Shown: positions 36,521 to 50,216 of the stretch, piece after piece | Position numbering within the stretch: position 1 is the stretch's first letter | Layout of the letters: every line of letters begins with the position of its first letter | Assembly: GCA_003344405.1 (NCBI GenBank) | Contig: NOWV01000002.1 | Location: 372,001 to 436,000 of the forward strand | Source: Trichoplax sp. H2 | Taxonomy: Eukaryota | Direction of reading: 5' to 3' | DNA: 64,000 bases | Position numbers and translations under genes: made by a program | Notes under the pieces: generated by a model | What the model saw: the letters and a program-made list of their open reading frames with translations, nothing else | Told to the model about the DNA's origin: nothing | Databases searched by the model: none

Positions 36521-37895
36521 ACAACATGGACACTGGACAGATTGGATATTGACTTGATGGATTGCGATCTGGATACAGTGTACAGTGCCCGGACTGTACT
36601 GTACACTGTACACTGTACTGGGTTCGTTATTACAGTGCAGTACGGCATGGACACTGGACAGATTGGATATTGACTTGATGGATTGCGATCTGGATACAGT
36701 GTACTGGGTTCGTTACAGTGCAGTACGGCCATGGACACTGGATAGATGGGATATTGACTTGATGGATTGCGATCTGGATACAGTGTACCGGGTTCGTTTT
36801 TACAGTGCAGTACGGCCATGGACACTGCCCGGACTGTACTGTACACTGTACACTGTACTAGGTTCGTTAGTAAATCGTTACAGACTTGCAGTACTGTACA
36901 GTACGGGTACTGGTACCGGTACAACATGGACACTGGACAGACTGGATATTGACTTGATGGATTGCGATCTGGATACAGTGTACAGTGCCCGGACTGTACT
37001 GTACATTGTACACTGTACTGGGTTCGTTATTACAGTGCAGTACGGCATGGACACTGGACAGATTGGATATTGACTTGATGGATTGCGATCTGGATACAGT
37101 GTACTGGGTTCGTTACAGTGCAGTACGGCCATGGACACTGGATAGATGGGATATTGACTTGATGGATTGCGATCTGGATACAGTGTACCGGGTTCGTTTT
37201 TACAGTGCAGTACGGCCATGGACACTGGACAGAAGAGATATTGATTTGATGGATTGCGATCTGGATACAGTGTACACTGTACAGTGCCCGGACTGTACTG
37301 TACACTGTACACTGTACTAGGTTCGTTAGTAAATCGTTACAGACTTGCAGTACAGTACGGGTACTGGTACCGGTACAACATGGACACTGGACAGACTGGA
37401 TATTGACTTGATGGATTGCGATCTGGATACAGTGTACAGTGCCCGGACTGTACTGTACACTGTACACTGTACTGGGTTCNNNNNNNNNNNNNNNNNNNNT
37501 TACAGTGCAGTACGGCCATGGACACTGGACAGATGGGATATTGACTTGATGGATTGCGATCTGGATACAGTGTACAGTACAGTGCCCGGACTGTACTGTA
37601 CACTGTACACTGTACTGGGTTCGTTATTACAGTGCAGTACGGCCATGGACACTGGACAGAAGAGATATTGATTTGATGGATTGCGATCTGGATACAGTGT
37701 ACACTGTACAGTGCCCGGACTGTACTGTACACTGTACACTGTACTAGGTTCGTTACAGACTTGCAGTACAGTACGGGTACTGGTACCGGTACAACATGGA
37801 CACTGGACAGATTAGATATTCCCTTCATGGATTGCGATCTGGATACAGTGTACAGTGCCCGGACTGTACTGTACACTGTACACTGTACTGGGTTC
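36521..37895. repeat. Complex modular tandem array (minisatellite with ~400-450 bp higher-order period); contains a 20-N assembly gap at 37480-37499
   Basis: About 11 copies of a ~59-nt module CATGGACACTGGAYAGA...GGATTGCGATCTGGATACAGTGTAC are interleaved with a few recurring linkers. The anchor ACAACATGGA recurs at 36521, 36921, 37375 and 37791. Confidence 0.97.
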
Positions 37896-38427
37896 TGGCA
37901 ACCAAGGACCTGGTTACAATAACCAGTACGGGTACTGTATTAGATCAGCAAAACGTACAAAAATGGATTATTAACTTAAGTTAAATTAAAGGGCCTTGTC
38001 CTCGTGACTCTAGTCCGTCCCCTTTGGCATTTCAGGCATACTAAACAGTCAAAAAAGAATAGAGTACAGTATGGTCATTTTCTGGTACGCAGTCCATGAC
38101 CAATTGACCATGACGGTACGGTACACTACTGTAGGTGCGCACGTGGTGGGTTGAACCACCGTACCAAAATCAACCTTATACAGTACTTTATACTGCCACT
38201 AGTACTGTACTCTAGATAGACCTGTCAGAGGTTCGGTGAGCGTGATCTTTTTCTTATTCCATTCTTGAAGATCAAGTCAAACACTTTAGAATTAACCAAT
38301 GTAACATAATAGTATACATCTATGAGAGCTTACTATTTCCACATATCAAAAATTTTTCGGATTTTGTCAAAAATTGCGCTCGTACAGAATATTACAGAAT
38401 GTGCTAATTGATCGGTTTGGAAAGGAT

Positions 38428-38453
38428 CACAGTGTACAGTACTGTACACTGTG
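38428..38453. repeat. Perfect 26-bp palindrome CACAGTGTACAGT|ACTGTACACTGTG
   Basis: Read directly. The two halves are exact reverse complements with no loop. Confidence 0.95.
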
Positions 38454-41400
38454 GGGGCTTTCTTCTAGTAGTCCATGGCCTTGACTGCGCGCGCAATGGC
38501 GCAATCGACTGATGGCCACATCATTTTCTGTCTGTCGATCGGTCCGTTTGTGCTTCAAACTGGTCCTAGCTGCACTGTACTGGAAGAAAACGAAAGAGAA
38601 GGACAGGAAGCCGCCATTTACTTCACTATGCTGAAAACAGAGGGCCGACAATTTTACTGATCATTTCAACTCAAACGTCTATCCGAAACGATACCCTATA
38701 TGTAGACTGTCTATGATTGTCATCCTAATGACCTGCTTGCTTGCTTTTGTAGAATACAGTATTAGAATGATCAGCAACATAATTAAACGAGCTAGGCACC
38801 AATAACATTATATTGGCAGAACTATCAATATACAGCTCAGTAGAACATGGCGTATTCACGGTCTAGGCTTAGCTCAGCTATACATCAGCACACTAAACTA
38901 AACCATAAATAGACATATCGATCGACGAGAAAACGATCTGGATAGCTCTACCTTTCAAATTGAAGTCATCAATACGCTAATAGCCTAATACTGCAAATTT
39001 CTCATAGCAATGTCACTCAAATTCAATTACTACACTCTCCATCTCTTGTGATGTAGTATACCATGTAGGGTATTAGCCCAACAATGAATAGATTCTCGCA
39101 AGTAAGAATCGATTTAATACTTTAATCTTGAAAATCCCCTCTCAACATAATTAGACGTCATGTAAACTACTTTCATTCCCCCCCCCCCAAAATATGGGAT
39201 ATTATTTTACAAATTGTGCCTTGTGATAATACTCTACCTTGTCGTTCCGCACCTATTAAGGAAGATTGATATAGAAAGGATCAATGCATGAGCCAGTAGA
39301 TGCGCATATGTTGCTTTCATCATGTTATCAAATAGGAGGTTAAGAATGATGACTCATGGATGGCCATCATAATTTACCATTTATACAATTTAGAGATTAA
39401 ATCGTTTTCCGTAGGATAGAATATGATGTCAATCACTTACATACCTGGTCACTGACATAGAGATACATCTGTATGCTAATCAATCAATCCTTATTACATT
39501 ATAATAAGCTTTATAAAGTAAGTAACTAGTATCATATCATATATTACAGAGCGAGAAAGAGGAAATAATTTTATTATCCAATAAACTTCAATACCATGAA
39601 ATTTCTCATAAAAACCTGAATATTTCAGTTTTCAGTCACAGCCACACATTAATTTGGCTTAAGAAATAAATCATGCATGTTACAATGTTAAAGGAAAAAA
39701 TAACATATACTTTTAAATCGACTCATAACAAGGTGCGGGGTTTTATAGCTTGTACAATATGTATTAAAAATAAAATTGTTATCATTTTTACAGCGAGCTG
39801 ACAGCGTTCTTGATGGACTGTATTTTGAGCGACCTCAGTAATATTCATAGTCCAAAAGTCTTACTAATTGAATCGAATGAACTACTGGAAAATGCAATCT
39901 AGTTACGGTTTGAGTAAATTGTACATAGGTCGAGTCTAATTTTTTTCGCTTGATCAGGTATAAAATAGCTAAAGTGTATCACATATATTGCATAAAACAA
40001 TCGACTAGTCCTATAAGAGGACTTAAAATTGCAATGTAAAACCCAAACAGTCATTTTATAACATTTACGTAATCTTTCATGAATAATAATCACATACACT
40101 ACATCCAAGCCAGAAATATGCTATTAATTTAGCTTACAAATATATTTAAACATGGCGCTATAATGAGATTTTAAAGCTCTTCGGTTGTATGTTAAATATA
40201 TTAAGCGATGTTATAATGAAATTATTAAAACAGCGAAGGAATATCAAGCCACATGGGGAGTATAATTCAGTATACAAGTCACTCTGATCATTAATTTGTA
40301 TTTAATACTTAAATTTTATCAATAAATTAACATAAAATTAAATTGCCGATTAAAAAGCTCTCACCGTTATTTGATCGAGTAAGTGCGAAAATAAGGCTGT
40401 CTAACCATTTTAAAGTTAAGCCGTTAACTATCTAAACATGAAGTATAATAGAGTGAGTACTTTATTAATTTTCCCCATGCTATCTTCAATCGTCATTTAC
40501 TACACTGGAAGCGTGAACAATATGAAGTATTTACTGTGCTGCTTTGCGGTAAAGTAATGAGGCGAAAAGTCGCTTCGTTTATTGTATTCTTGTGTAACAT
40601 GTTGAAAGCTTTACCGCACAAATAATTTACTCACATTAAAAGAAAAGCTACGAAAAGAAATCATTTTTTTTTACTCAGGCGAGAAGAAGATCATACTCAT
40701 TTTAAATGCGAAATTAGGTTACGACAAAAAGGCTATCCTCATCATATGTATGTATATCATTAGCCATCTTGCTTTACAACTGCTAGATTGAGAAGCACTC
40801 CTGTTTTACCTGCGCTTAATAAAAAGTGAATAAATAGGCCACTGATAAATTGCGCATCCGAACACAAGCAATCTGCATTTGCTTTAATTAAACAGGCACC
40901 GTGGGAATATCATGTTAATTTAAATTTCCATTTATGATATTCTTTAGCTCTGGTACTGACTAGTCATATATAATCCGATAAAATGTAAGTCGATGTACAT
41001 TGTACAGTTCTGGCAAAGGTGAATGATTTAGTATGCGATCATTAGGTAGCAACAATATAGATTATTTTATTTATATTATTATTATAAGGATATATGTTAC
41101 TGTATTACTATTAATTATTTCTAGACAGCCATACATTTCATTAGATATTGATGACTAAATCATTTTGTATCTATCTCAGTCAATAACTACTATGTGGAAT
41201 ATAGTGATTTCTTTGAAGAAAAATTGATCCCTTTACCCTGATATTACACCATGAAATTATTCATAATGAAGACTAAGCGAGTCGATACAGTAATACATTT
41301 AGCCTTGAAGAATCTTGAGGTATATAAATACCAAAACTCATTCATTGCAATGACGATTACGCTTACTGTTTAATAACGACAGCTGTGAAGTCGATAATGC

Positions 41401-43187
41401 GAAGTCTTCTACATGATCAATCTGTGATTAGTAAAATTTTGCCTTATAAGTACAATATTTAAACTCGCTGACTATAGTTACGATTTAATGGACTCATTTT
41501 CATGATATTAAATAAAGCTGTATTAAATATCACGTAATATAATTTGATCTTCTTAGAGAACAATTTCTTTTGTAAGCCTGTGACGCCCTTTATTTTAGAA
41601 AAAGATTAGTTTTACATTCTCGCATGCTCTTAATATAAAGGTGAGCACAACAGTGTTCTACAGCCGAATACTGAAATAGGAGAGAAGAGCTAATTTGCAC
41701 TTCTAAAGTACTCGCTCATATACCTTATAATATTTATGGCCTTACAAGCAATAGGATGATAAAAATATTATATTTAAATAACTGCAGTACCTATATATTA
41801 CTTCTATGCCTTGTTTACAGATTAACTATATTATAATACGTCTATCGGTGACGACATAGAACCATGGTATAGCTTAGCATACGTTATTTATGGTAATTCA
41901 TGCTCAGAAAAAGATTACTAGATACTTCAGTCTCTAACATAATACACAAGAAGTATTTACAAATTTATCCTTATTCTGCAATACGATGTTCAGTTTCTTT
42001 ACACTGACATTCCAATTTTCTGATAACAGTGAAATAGTTTCAAGTTAAATTACTGCATGAACTATGAACTGCGCAGGGTAACTATTTGAAAAGATTACGC
42101 CTATTAAAATTTGATTCTTTAATAATGTTGGATATTTTTTAAACTAATATTTTACATTCATCTCATCTTTCGCACGAGCTTTAGTTTCTGACGATACTGA
42201 AATTGTTTCAAACCAAAATTACTACATTAAATGTATATTGTATCTATTGCTTGAAAATATTGCCTCAATTATATTTCCATTTATTAAAAGCATTTTACAA
42301 TATTTTTCAATCAAATATTTCACTTTATCCCATCTTTTACAAGAGTTTTAATCTACTAACAATGTTGAAATAATTTCAAATCAAGCCGCTGAGTATTGAG
42401 TTTAGTACTGAGTTTTAATTACAATCTATTACTTTAAAAGATTATCAATATTATCCAACTATATTTCACTTATATTAAATCCATCCGTGACAAATTTAAT
42501 CATGAACATGAAGATTTTTGCCATCAAATTGATTCCCGTAAATTACGATAGTAATTATTATTCCAATTCTCCATGATAAAATCAATCATATTTTATTTTA
42601 TTAATATTTAATGATCCAATTCCAATCACGTTATAATTAGTCAGTGGCGTTATTTCACTTATGCTCGTGACTGATGTTCAAGGAGAAAACTATCAAGGCG
42701 ATCATAATAATATAAAATCAATTGAACATATTCAATTACGGGAAATGTTGACTATTACAAAACTACATCATTCTAGATCATTATTTTATCGATTTGAAAT
42801 CATCTGAATTGATGATTGACGCAATAAAATCGTCATAATATTAATTACTCAACCTCAATAATGACTGATGGTATCTGATGAACTTTTGTTTCAACAGATA
42901 CATTCTAGATCCTGGCATTAATATTAATCTATAGTATAGGTCAAGGTAGCTGGGTCACTACCACAATAACAGTCAAATGTACATCATTAAATAGTAACGT
43001 CGACACTAATCTCAATGACAATATACTATTTAAAAGGATATTTTTCTTATCGTTTATTTATTTATTATCTCTATAAATAGTGATGATACGAGAAAATAAA
43101 TTAAACAAACTCAACCTAGTGTACTAACAATGTCATTCTAGGAAAGAGTGAGTAAACTGAGTAGTATAAACTAGCTAATAATAATTT

Positions 43188-43224
43188 ACATCAAAGATAC
43201 CGGCAAGCCTTTGATAGCTGCCGC
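43188..43224. promoter_or_regulatory. Candidate Wnt/TCF response element: two inverted TCF HMG sites with GC-rich Helper-like sites
   Basis: ACATCAAAG (43188-43196), then ATACCGGCAAG, then CCTTTGAT (43208-43215), then AGCTGCCGC. It lies ~7 kb upstream of the TCF start. Confidence 0.4.
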
Positions 43225-46200
43225 TTAATAAAACATAATGATTATTTAACCACTCCTTCCTCATAAACTGATCTTGTATACTAACATCATTAGCTTTATT
43301 CTTATTGACACTAGAGTAGTCAAGGATAGAGTAGATAAAGTTGGAAAGTTTCCAGCATTAACAACGGTGCTAGTCTTAATATTTTAATCTATCTTCAATA
43401 AAGCGACAACATTAGTTTTAGATTCAATAAAAAATAAATGTCACCTCTCTACATCATTGTAGTTGACGATATTTTTATGTAAAGAAACTGCAAACAAGTT
43501 GACAGCGATGGCATTTAGTGAAGAAAATCACACATTAATGCTAGATTGATCAAAGTGCGTCAGTAAAGTTATTTTAGATAGGACCAAGTTGTTATTTTAC
43601 AAAGAATGGTTGCTACTGGTCAAGCAAAGAGTACAGTATTATTGTGACCATGATATAAACGCAAAAGCATTCGTTTAAAGCTATGCCGATGTAGCATACT
43701 ACTACTATTGCTACCGTAGCCAATAAAAAACAGTATTAATCAATACTAGTCCCGTTACTGAGTCAAGTAGACGTTTTACTTTGTTCCGGGTAGCATTAAC
43801 AGATTATTGATTGCTGTAGACCAGCCAACAAATTATCAGTGATTAAATGAATAGCGGATAGTTGCTAAATTGTCTGCATATAATGTATCTCTAGTCATGA
43901 CAGGTATTACACAAGCATGAGTTGAGCGACATGATAAAATTCTTAAATTGGATTCGAATGAGTAATGACGATAGAATGTGATCATTTACGGAGAATATCA
44001 TCCGTCATTATTAATGTCGTCGACGATTTATGTCACTAATCTCGGCCGTAAACTAATTTATAAAGATTATCTATATGTAATATATAAAGAAATGCTCTGT
44101 GATATTCGACATTGATATTGGCTAATGAATCGTCAATATTAATATTATATATAAAAGATACGGAAGGAAAAATCAGTAAAATATTGAACGGCAATGATAT
44201 ACTGCTAATTAATTATATATATACTAATAAATTAGAGTAACATTACCTTATTATGATATGATATTAAATGAAGCTATAGTTGCCATAGACACCATAATTA
44301 CACTGTTTTATCTTATTATAATTACTATTTTTGCAGTAAATCGAAAATAAAGCTAGTAATACACCGTATTATTACATACTGAAACCAATGCAAGAGCTAA
44401 TTGATGGATTATAACATTAGAATTTGGAAACAATTAGCATTGAATTGGTTCTATAGTAATTTTTTCTAACGAAATAGGAAAAGGGATATTGATAAATTGT
44501 AAATATATCCTATAATTAATAATTAATAATTACCGTAGGAAAGAGAAACGAAGGTTGTAGGTTTTTCAGATTTTCGCAGATTTAGCCATTTAAAGAACTA
44601 TTATGTGGCATAGTATAACAAAACTTACGATACCATCTGATGATTAATGAACACTATTCTCTCTAATTGGAATAATTATTGTAAAGTGGCATCTGATCAT
44701 CGCCAGATAGCGTACACATGAATAGCACGCATCTCTCATTTGTAGCTATTTCACTTGCTAACAATTAGATTAAATTCTTAAAATATTAAATTAATTTAAT
44801 AAAAGTATTATATATATATGTTTACCAGGATTTTATCTGATATCTAGGTTAATTCTGAGCGCCAGTCATATTAGCTATCGATAGAATGACTGTATATTAG
44901 TGTTGATTAGTAAATCAGTAAGATACATAATTATGCCCTATATTGGAACCTATTGGCCAAATCTAACGGTATAGCTTTCAAATTATGATTACGTTGGGTG
45001 ATGATTTTTACTTAACAAATTTTGAATTTTACACGTATACAAAGCTTTAAAGAGCTCGTATCTACAACAATGTTCTATAAGCATCAGCCGTGCATATAGA
45101 CAGGGGAAGATAGAAATTTTAATAACTAAATAAAAATTAATATTCTCACACTAGTAAATGTCTTGCCATAAAATATACACTAATTCCAATAAATTTGTAT
45201 AGGACACAATAAATAATAGGATGTTCTTGGTGTACGTTACTAGAAGTAAGTACTATGAGGACTAACCATTATTAATTAGTGAATAAAATTACTAATTTAC
45301 ATGTTTAATATTAAATTTTAAAACTTGCAGTGTAATTAGTAAACTACCAGTAATAGGATTATGGTCCAGGTTGAATGACATACCTAATATATGGTATGTC
45401 AATAATATAATTTATTTATTATTGGTATTTATTACTTGAAATCTTACCAAATATAGTCTAACTTTAATTAAATGGATGTTTGCTACGAGAAAGACAGAAC
45501 ACTATTGTACTGCTATGTATATTTTAGTAAGCCTTTGACGACATTACGAGTGGAAATGAAGGCCAATCTATGCGTACTACGTCAATTTACATTCGATATT
45601 ATTTACATATCAATATCAATCAAAATCATGAACTGTTTAACACAAGATAGCGTCACTAAAAAGCAGTCTATTAGTGTATCATTAAAGTCAACAAATTCCT
45701 CCGTAATCAAAATAGAGCGGTTATGACCGTTATGTTAATAATAAAGGCTAAGGAATGAAAGAAAAATAAAAAAAAAATGTACGTACGCAGGATTATTTCG
45801 AGTGGAGCTAAGTGCACAACATGTAATGGCATACTATTAGCCTCGAGTCATATCTAGATAGTGCGTTCTATCTATCTAAGTAAACATTGGAGTGGAATAT
45901 AATAATTTGTCATGCCAGTCCTGTATATAGTCTTTTATCTATTAAAACAATAGCAGCCATAAACTATAGCGATGATATTCAGAATTTCATTTTAGTAGCG
46001 TAACTGGTAACAATAAATAAATTGATCTTTCCATTATTGATTGTAAAAGAAAGTATTTTGACTGTAATTAAAATTAGGATAAATAGGCTGCTTCGCATGT
46101 TTCTCATTCGTTATTTTTTCTATTTCATCTAGTATTAATAAATATACAGCTACGCTACAATCGTTTAGCCATAGGAACAGAATATGCTGTCTTCTATGTA

Positions 46201-49200
46201 ATAGTTTGCAATTGAATATTACCGGTTAGATAGTGCGATTGATGCTTTGATGTATAGTAGGTGAAATCCTTGTATAGATTTTATCCCATTTTGTAAAGGA
46301 TTAATTAAGAATAGCGGCGTCATCGATCAAGCGGTTCGTCGGCCATTTCACTACTTAATTATTTATTTTTTCTATTAACCTTTATTAACATTCTTAACTT
46401 GACGATTAATTATACAACAATATAAGTTAGTTCGCTGCGGTAGAACTATTAAGAGTGATTAATGTCTTTTATCCTATTCTTTATTAAGCTCGTTATAATT
46501 GTAACAAATTTTTTTAAATATTAGATACATTTATATCAACAATCGCAAGTTAAGAAACATATTCCAGTACTTGAAGATTGGCCTTTCAAACATTGCCGGA
46601 GTTAATCACGACATATTGACACCATTTAAATCTAATTGTCGGTAAGACTTCAAACCGGTTTTATCCTTTGCGGATATAGTATATATTTAGACTATGGAAT
46701 AAAACCTTCATATTTTATCTCTTGGGGTTTCCATAATTAACTTCTCCACCACCAACTGTCACTTTCTACAGTAATAATATTTTCTCGTAGTATCTATCTG
46801 CATCAATAACAACCTGCTGTAAAGACTACTATACGCACAGATACAATATTAGCAACTGTATTTCATTCAATTAGTTACGTTTACCGCTTATAAAAATTGT
46901 CTACTTTGATCATTTACCATTTTTTTTATCGGATAAAGAAGTCTATTTTGTATGTACTTTATAACTTTTATCGTGCTGATGACGATAGTGACAGTTTTAC
47001 TTAGTTGCTCTTCATTCAAATGAAACAAAAATTATTATACCATTAATTAAATCACTCCCCTAAAAAGTAACCTCTCCCCCTTACTGGATATCTTTACTAG
47101 CCACTCTTTGATGGTTAACTATTAATCGCCTGGAATTCGATTGTCATCGTAGGAGTTGGAGAAATTCGACTTAATCAATTTTGATAAGAGGTGAACATGC
47201 CTATTCTTGATTAGAAAATCATTTTCCTTCATCTGCTTTTTACTGTATATTATTTTTCAAACGATTTGCGACATTGTGTACGCATAATTTGTTAGCAAAA
47301 TTGTAAACTGCGTGTACCTATTTATTGTTATTTATTGATTCTATAACGTTGTAAGATCGATTACAAGAGAGTGATTATAGTACTAAATAGCAACTTTAAA
47401 TATTGATATAGTCTGCGTGGTGGTCTCGCTACTCCTTTTTTATAACTAGAAACGTCATGACTACCAGTAGCACACTCGATTTTTATTCATTTTCTGTGAT
47501 GCGTTGTAAGTTTTCTATTCGTTAACGTAGTTCATTCAGTCAATGATGCTGCAGCGAAGACACTGATTATATTAGCAATCTTATTGCAGTATCCAATCAT
47601 TGCATAAGCATTTTGATTCGTTATCATGGCATTATCGACTGGGTAGTAGATTTAAGTTACGTTCACGATAGCAAAATAACAAATTCATTCGTAAAATATT
47701 AGCCATTAATAGGACAAAAATTAATGATAGCAGAGTAAGTCAGAGAACATTGCAATCAGTTCCTAGCGAACACTTTAGTATAGTGTTTTCATGTAGAATA
47801 GGATAAATCAGATTTAGCTTCTAAAATAATTATTTAACGACATGCAAGTTCGGAACAATGGAGTTTAAAATTAAAAATTTAATCGCTGAATGATTTAGCT
47901 CGATATTTTACTGTTAGTTATAGTAGTTTGATCAGGAGAGCGTAGACTATGACGGGATCTAATGTGATACCTAGAGATTGATTTAACCAAGACAGTATAA
48001 CATTTGTTAATGAATAACCAGCTAATCCTACTAATGTATTACTGATACCGGAACTATATAAGACGGATTACCAATGGATTCAATAATAACTCTACCCAAT
48101 CGATTCCATTCATCTCCATCTCCATATTTCAATATTTTCTACAGCCCATCGATATGACTGTCTTGTTCACAATAATACCATAATTATAACATTGACAAGG
48201 TGGAGTTAACCCGTTTCTCCCTTGTTGTCGTGGCCGTCTTTTAAAACTATTTTGCAGCAAGTGTATCGTCCTTTATTGTCCATGTCTGTCAACGCATTCC
48301 CGTTTTTTTTAATGAAACACGTTAATCAATTAAGAAAACAACCAATTTGCAAAGAAGAGAAATTGACAAGGCACAATCAGCAAGACATCGATTAATTTTA
48401 GACAATACATCGTTTTCAGCTTTAGAATATAGTATTCTACTGCCGGATATCTGAGAATAGACAACGCTGTTGGGAGCTGTAATTGTAGTGTACACGTAAA
48501 CGCATATTATGATCGTAGAATGCACACAGCAGCGTAAATTGCCGTGGTATGAATCATTTGGGTAACAGATAGTTATGGATTGTACATTGACAGAAATAAA
48601 TCAGTCCAGTTACAAAATGTAAAACTTCGTTTCTTCACTCTCTACAGTACTATACAACTCGTTTTTGTAGCCATCCACAATCATGCTCTATGTATGTAAA
48701 ATCCGACTTGGATTATTCTCGATGACCCGTTAGATTATAACATGATGGCGTTTAATCATACCATTCGTGGACGTCGTTTCTTTTCTTTTCTATTTTTGGG
48801 GGGTAGCTATTCATTTGGCTATTTTGCTATTGCATTGAGCGTACAAGAAGCTGTATAACCTATCGTTCAGTCTTACACTTATATTCTTACAAGAAGTAAG
48901 GCAGTCAGTCGTTGCAGCATTCCCGTAATGCTGTCTCCAATAAAGAGTGAGCAAAAAATAAGCAGATGCTCAACTATCGTCCAATCTACATTGACAAGAT
49001 TGGATCAATTTGTAGCAACCCTGACCAAAACAAATAACCATTGCAAGAGCACAAGGTTGAACCTTTTCTAACTATTTCTTTTTTTGCATACTCCCAACAT
49101 TTTTTTCTGCTTCTCTGCATTTTCCTATTCATCATTGGAAAAATGTTGACGATCGCAAGAAATGCCATCGTAAAGATTATTATTCATGAGAAGAGATAAT

Positions 49201-49235
49201 CTTCCTCGATATGCGTATATCCAGTATACGAGTAT

Positions 49236-49255
49236 AGAGAGAGAGAGAGAGAGAG
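49236..49255. repeat. (AG)10 microsatellite ~1 kb upstream of the TCF start codon
   Basis: Read directly. Confidence 0.9.
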
Positions 49256-50216
49256 TAGAGTACTGTCGCATCGCTCTCTTATAAGCAGCTATACTCGTGT
49301 AGACAGTTCCCGTTGCAAAGTTAATTATTGTTGTCATGATAATGTTGTACTAGCGTTAGGCACGACTAGAGGTGTTGTATACGTTAGTGTGGTAAACATT
49401 AGCAGTCAATGAATAGTTAATTATATCATTGGCCATCGATGATTGATTTGTCTATATAATAAATTAATCAGTAATTATTATGTAGTAACAACTGATAACC
49501 TTAGCGATTAGTCACTGATTCATATTGCAATCTGCCTTTATCTAGGAAGTCATTGAGACCTTATCTCGACTTGACTTTGTTCGTCTTGGCGACAGTCTGA
49601 CGGGTGAAAAAAAAAAATTATTGGCAAACTAGGCAAGTTGTTGTCTACCACATTTGGTCCAACTTTCATCTTGAAAAGAATCGATAGGGAAAAGAGAATT
49701 GCATATCATTATCATCGAAGAGCTAGCCATTACAACCTCAGTCAAAGCCAACTTCTACACTAGGTAACTACGCTCGCTTTTCCCTCCCTCCCCCACCTTA
49801 TTGATAAACATAAATTGACGCAACGATCAGTGGCTTTCTTACGGGTGTAGTAGACGTCAATCGATAACAGCATAATCGGTTAGAATGGGATAGATAGCTT
49901 TTAATGTGAACAATTTTATAATCGACGTATAAATTAATGTGATCATCAATAGGTCGTTGATACTACATCAATCTAGGCAGCATATGCATTCTTGCCGCCT
50001 TTTAAATCAGTTATAAAAATTTGAAATGACTTGATGTAGCAAATAGGCTATACAGGATATGAATATCCATATCAATTGATTTATTTATCGTTAGACAGTC
50101 AAAGCAAAACTTCTCCAAGATAGAATTGTACCTGTAAAGTCCAAAGAAATTGAATCAACCTGGTTATACCGCACTCTCCTCGGTCCGTGCCTTCTTGGTT
50201 TCTACATTACAAAGTG

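Noticed and set aside
36521..37895. CRISPR-like appearance (constant module separated by variable sequence)
   Set aside because: The spacers are a few recurring linkers, not unique sequences. The context is eukaryotic and no cas-like ORFs are present.
36338..37984. Numerous overlapping 60-180 aa ORFs on both strands rich in C/T/V/Y
   Set aside because: They are translations of the tandem array, open in several frames at once, with no recognisable domain.
38427..38660. Opposing short ORFs in the GC-rich island
   Set aside because: No recognisable motif or splice continuation. Better explained as promoter-like sequence.
39178..39188. C11 homopolymer in AT-rich DNA
   Set aside because: A single run with no supporting context.
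45376..45401. 9-bp inverted repeat TGACATACC...GGTATGTCA
   Set aside because: Too short and isolated to distinguish from chance.
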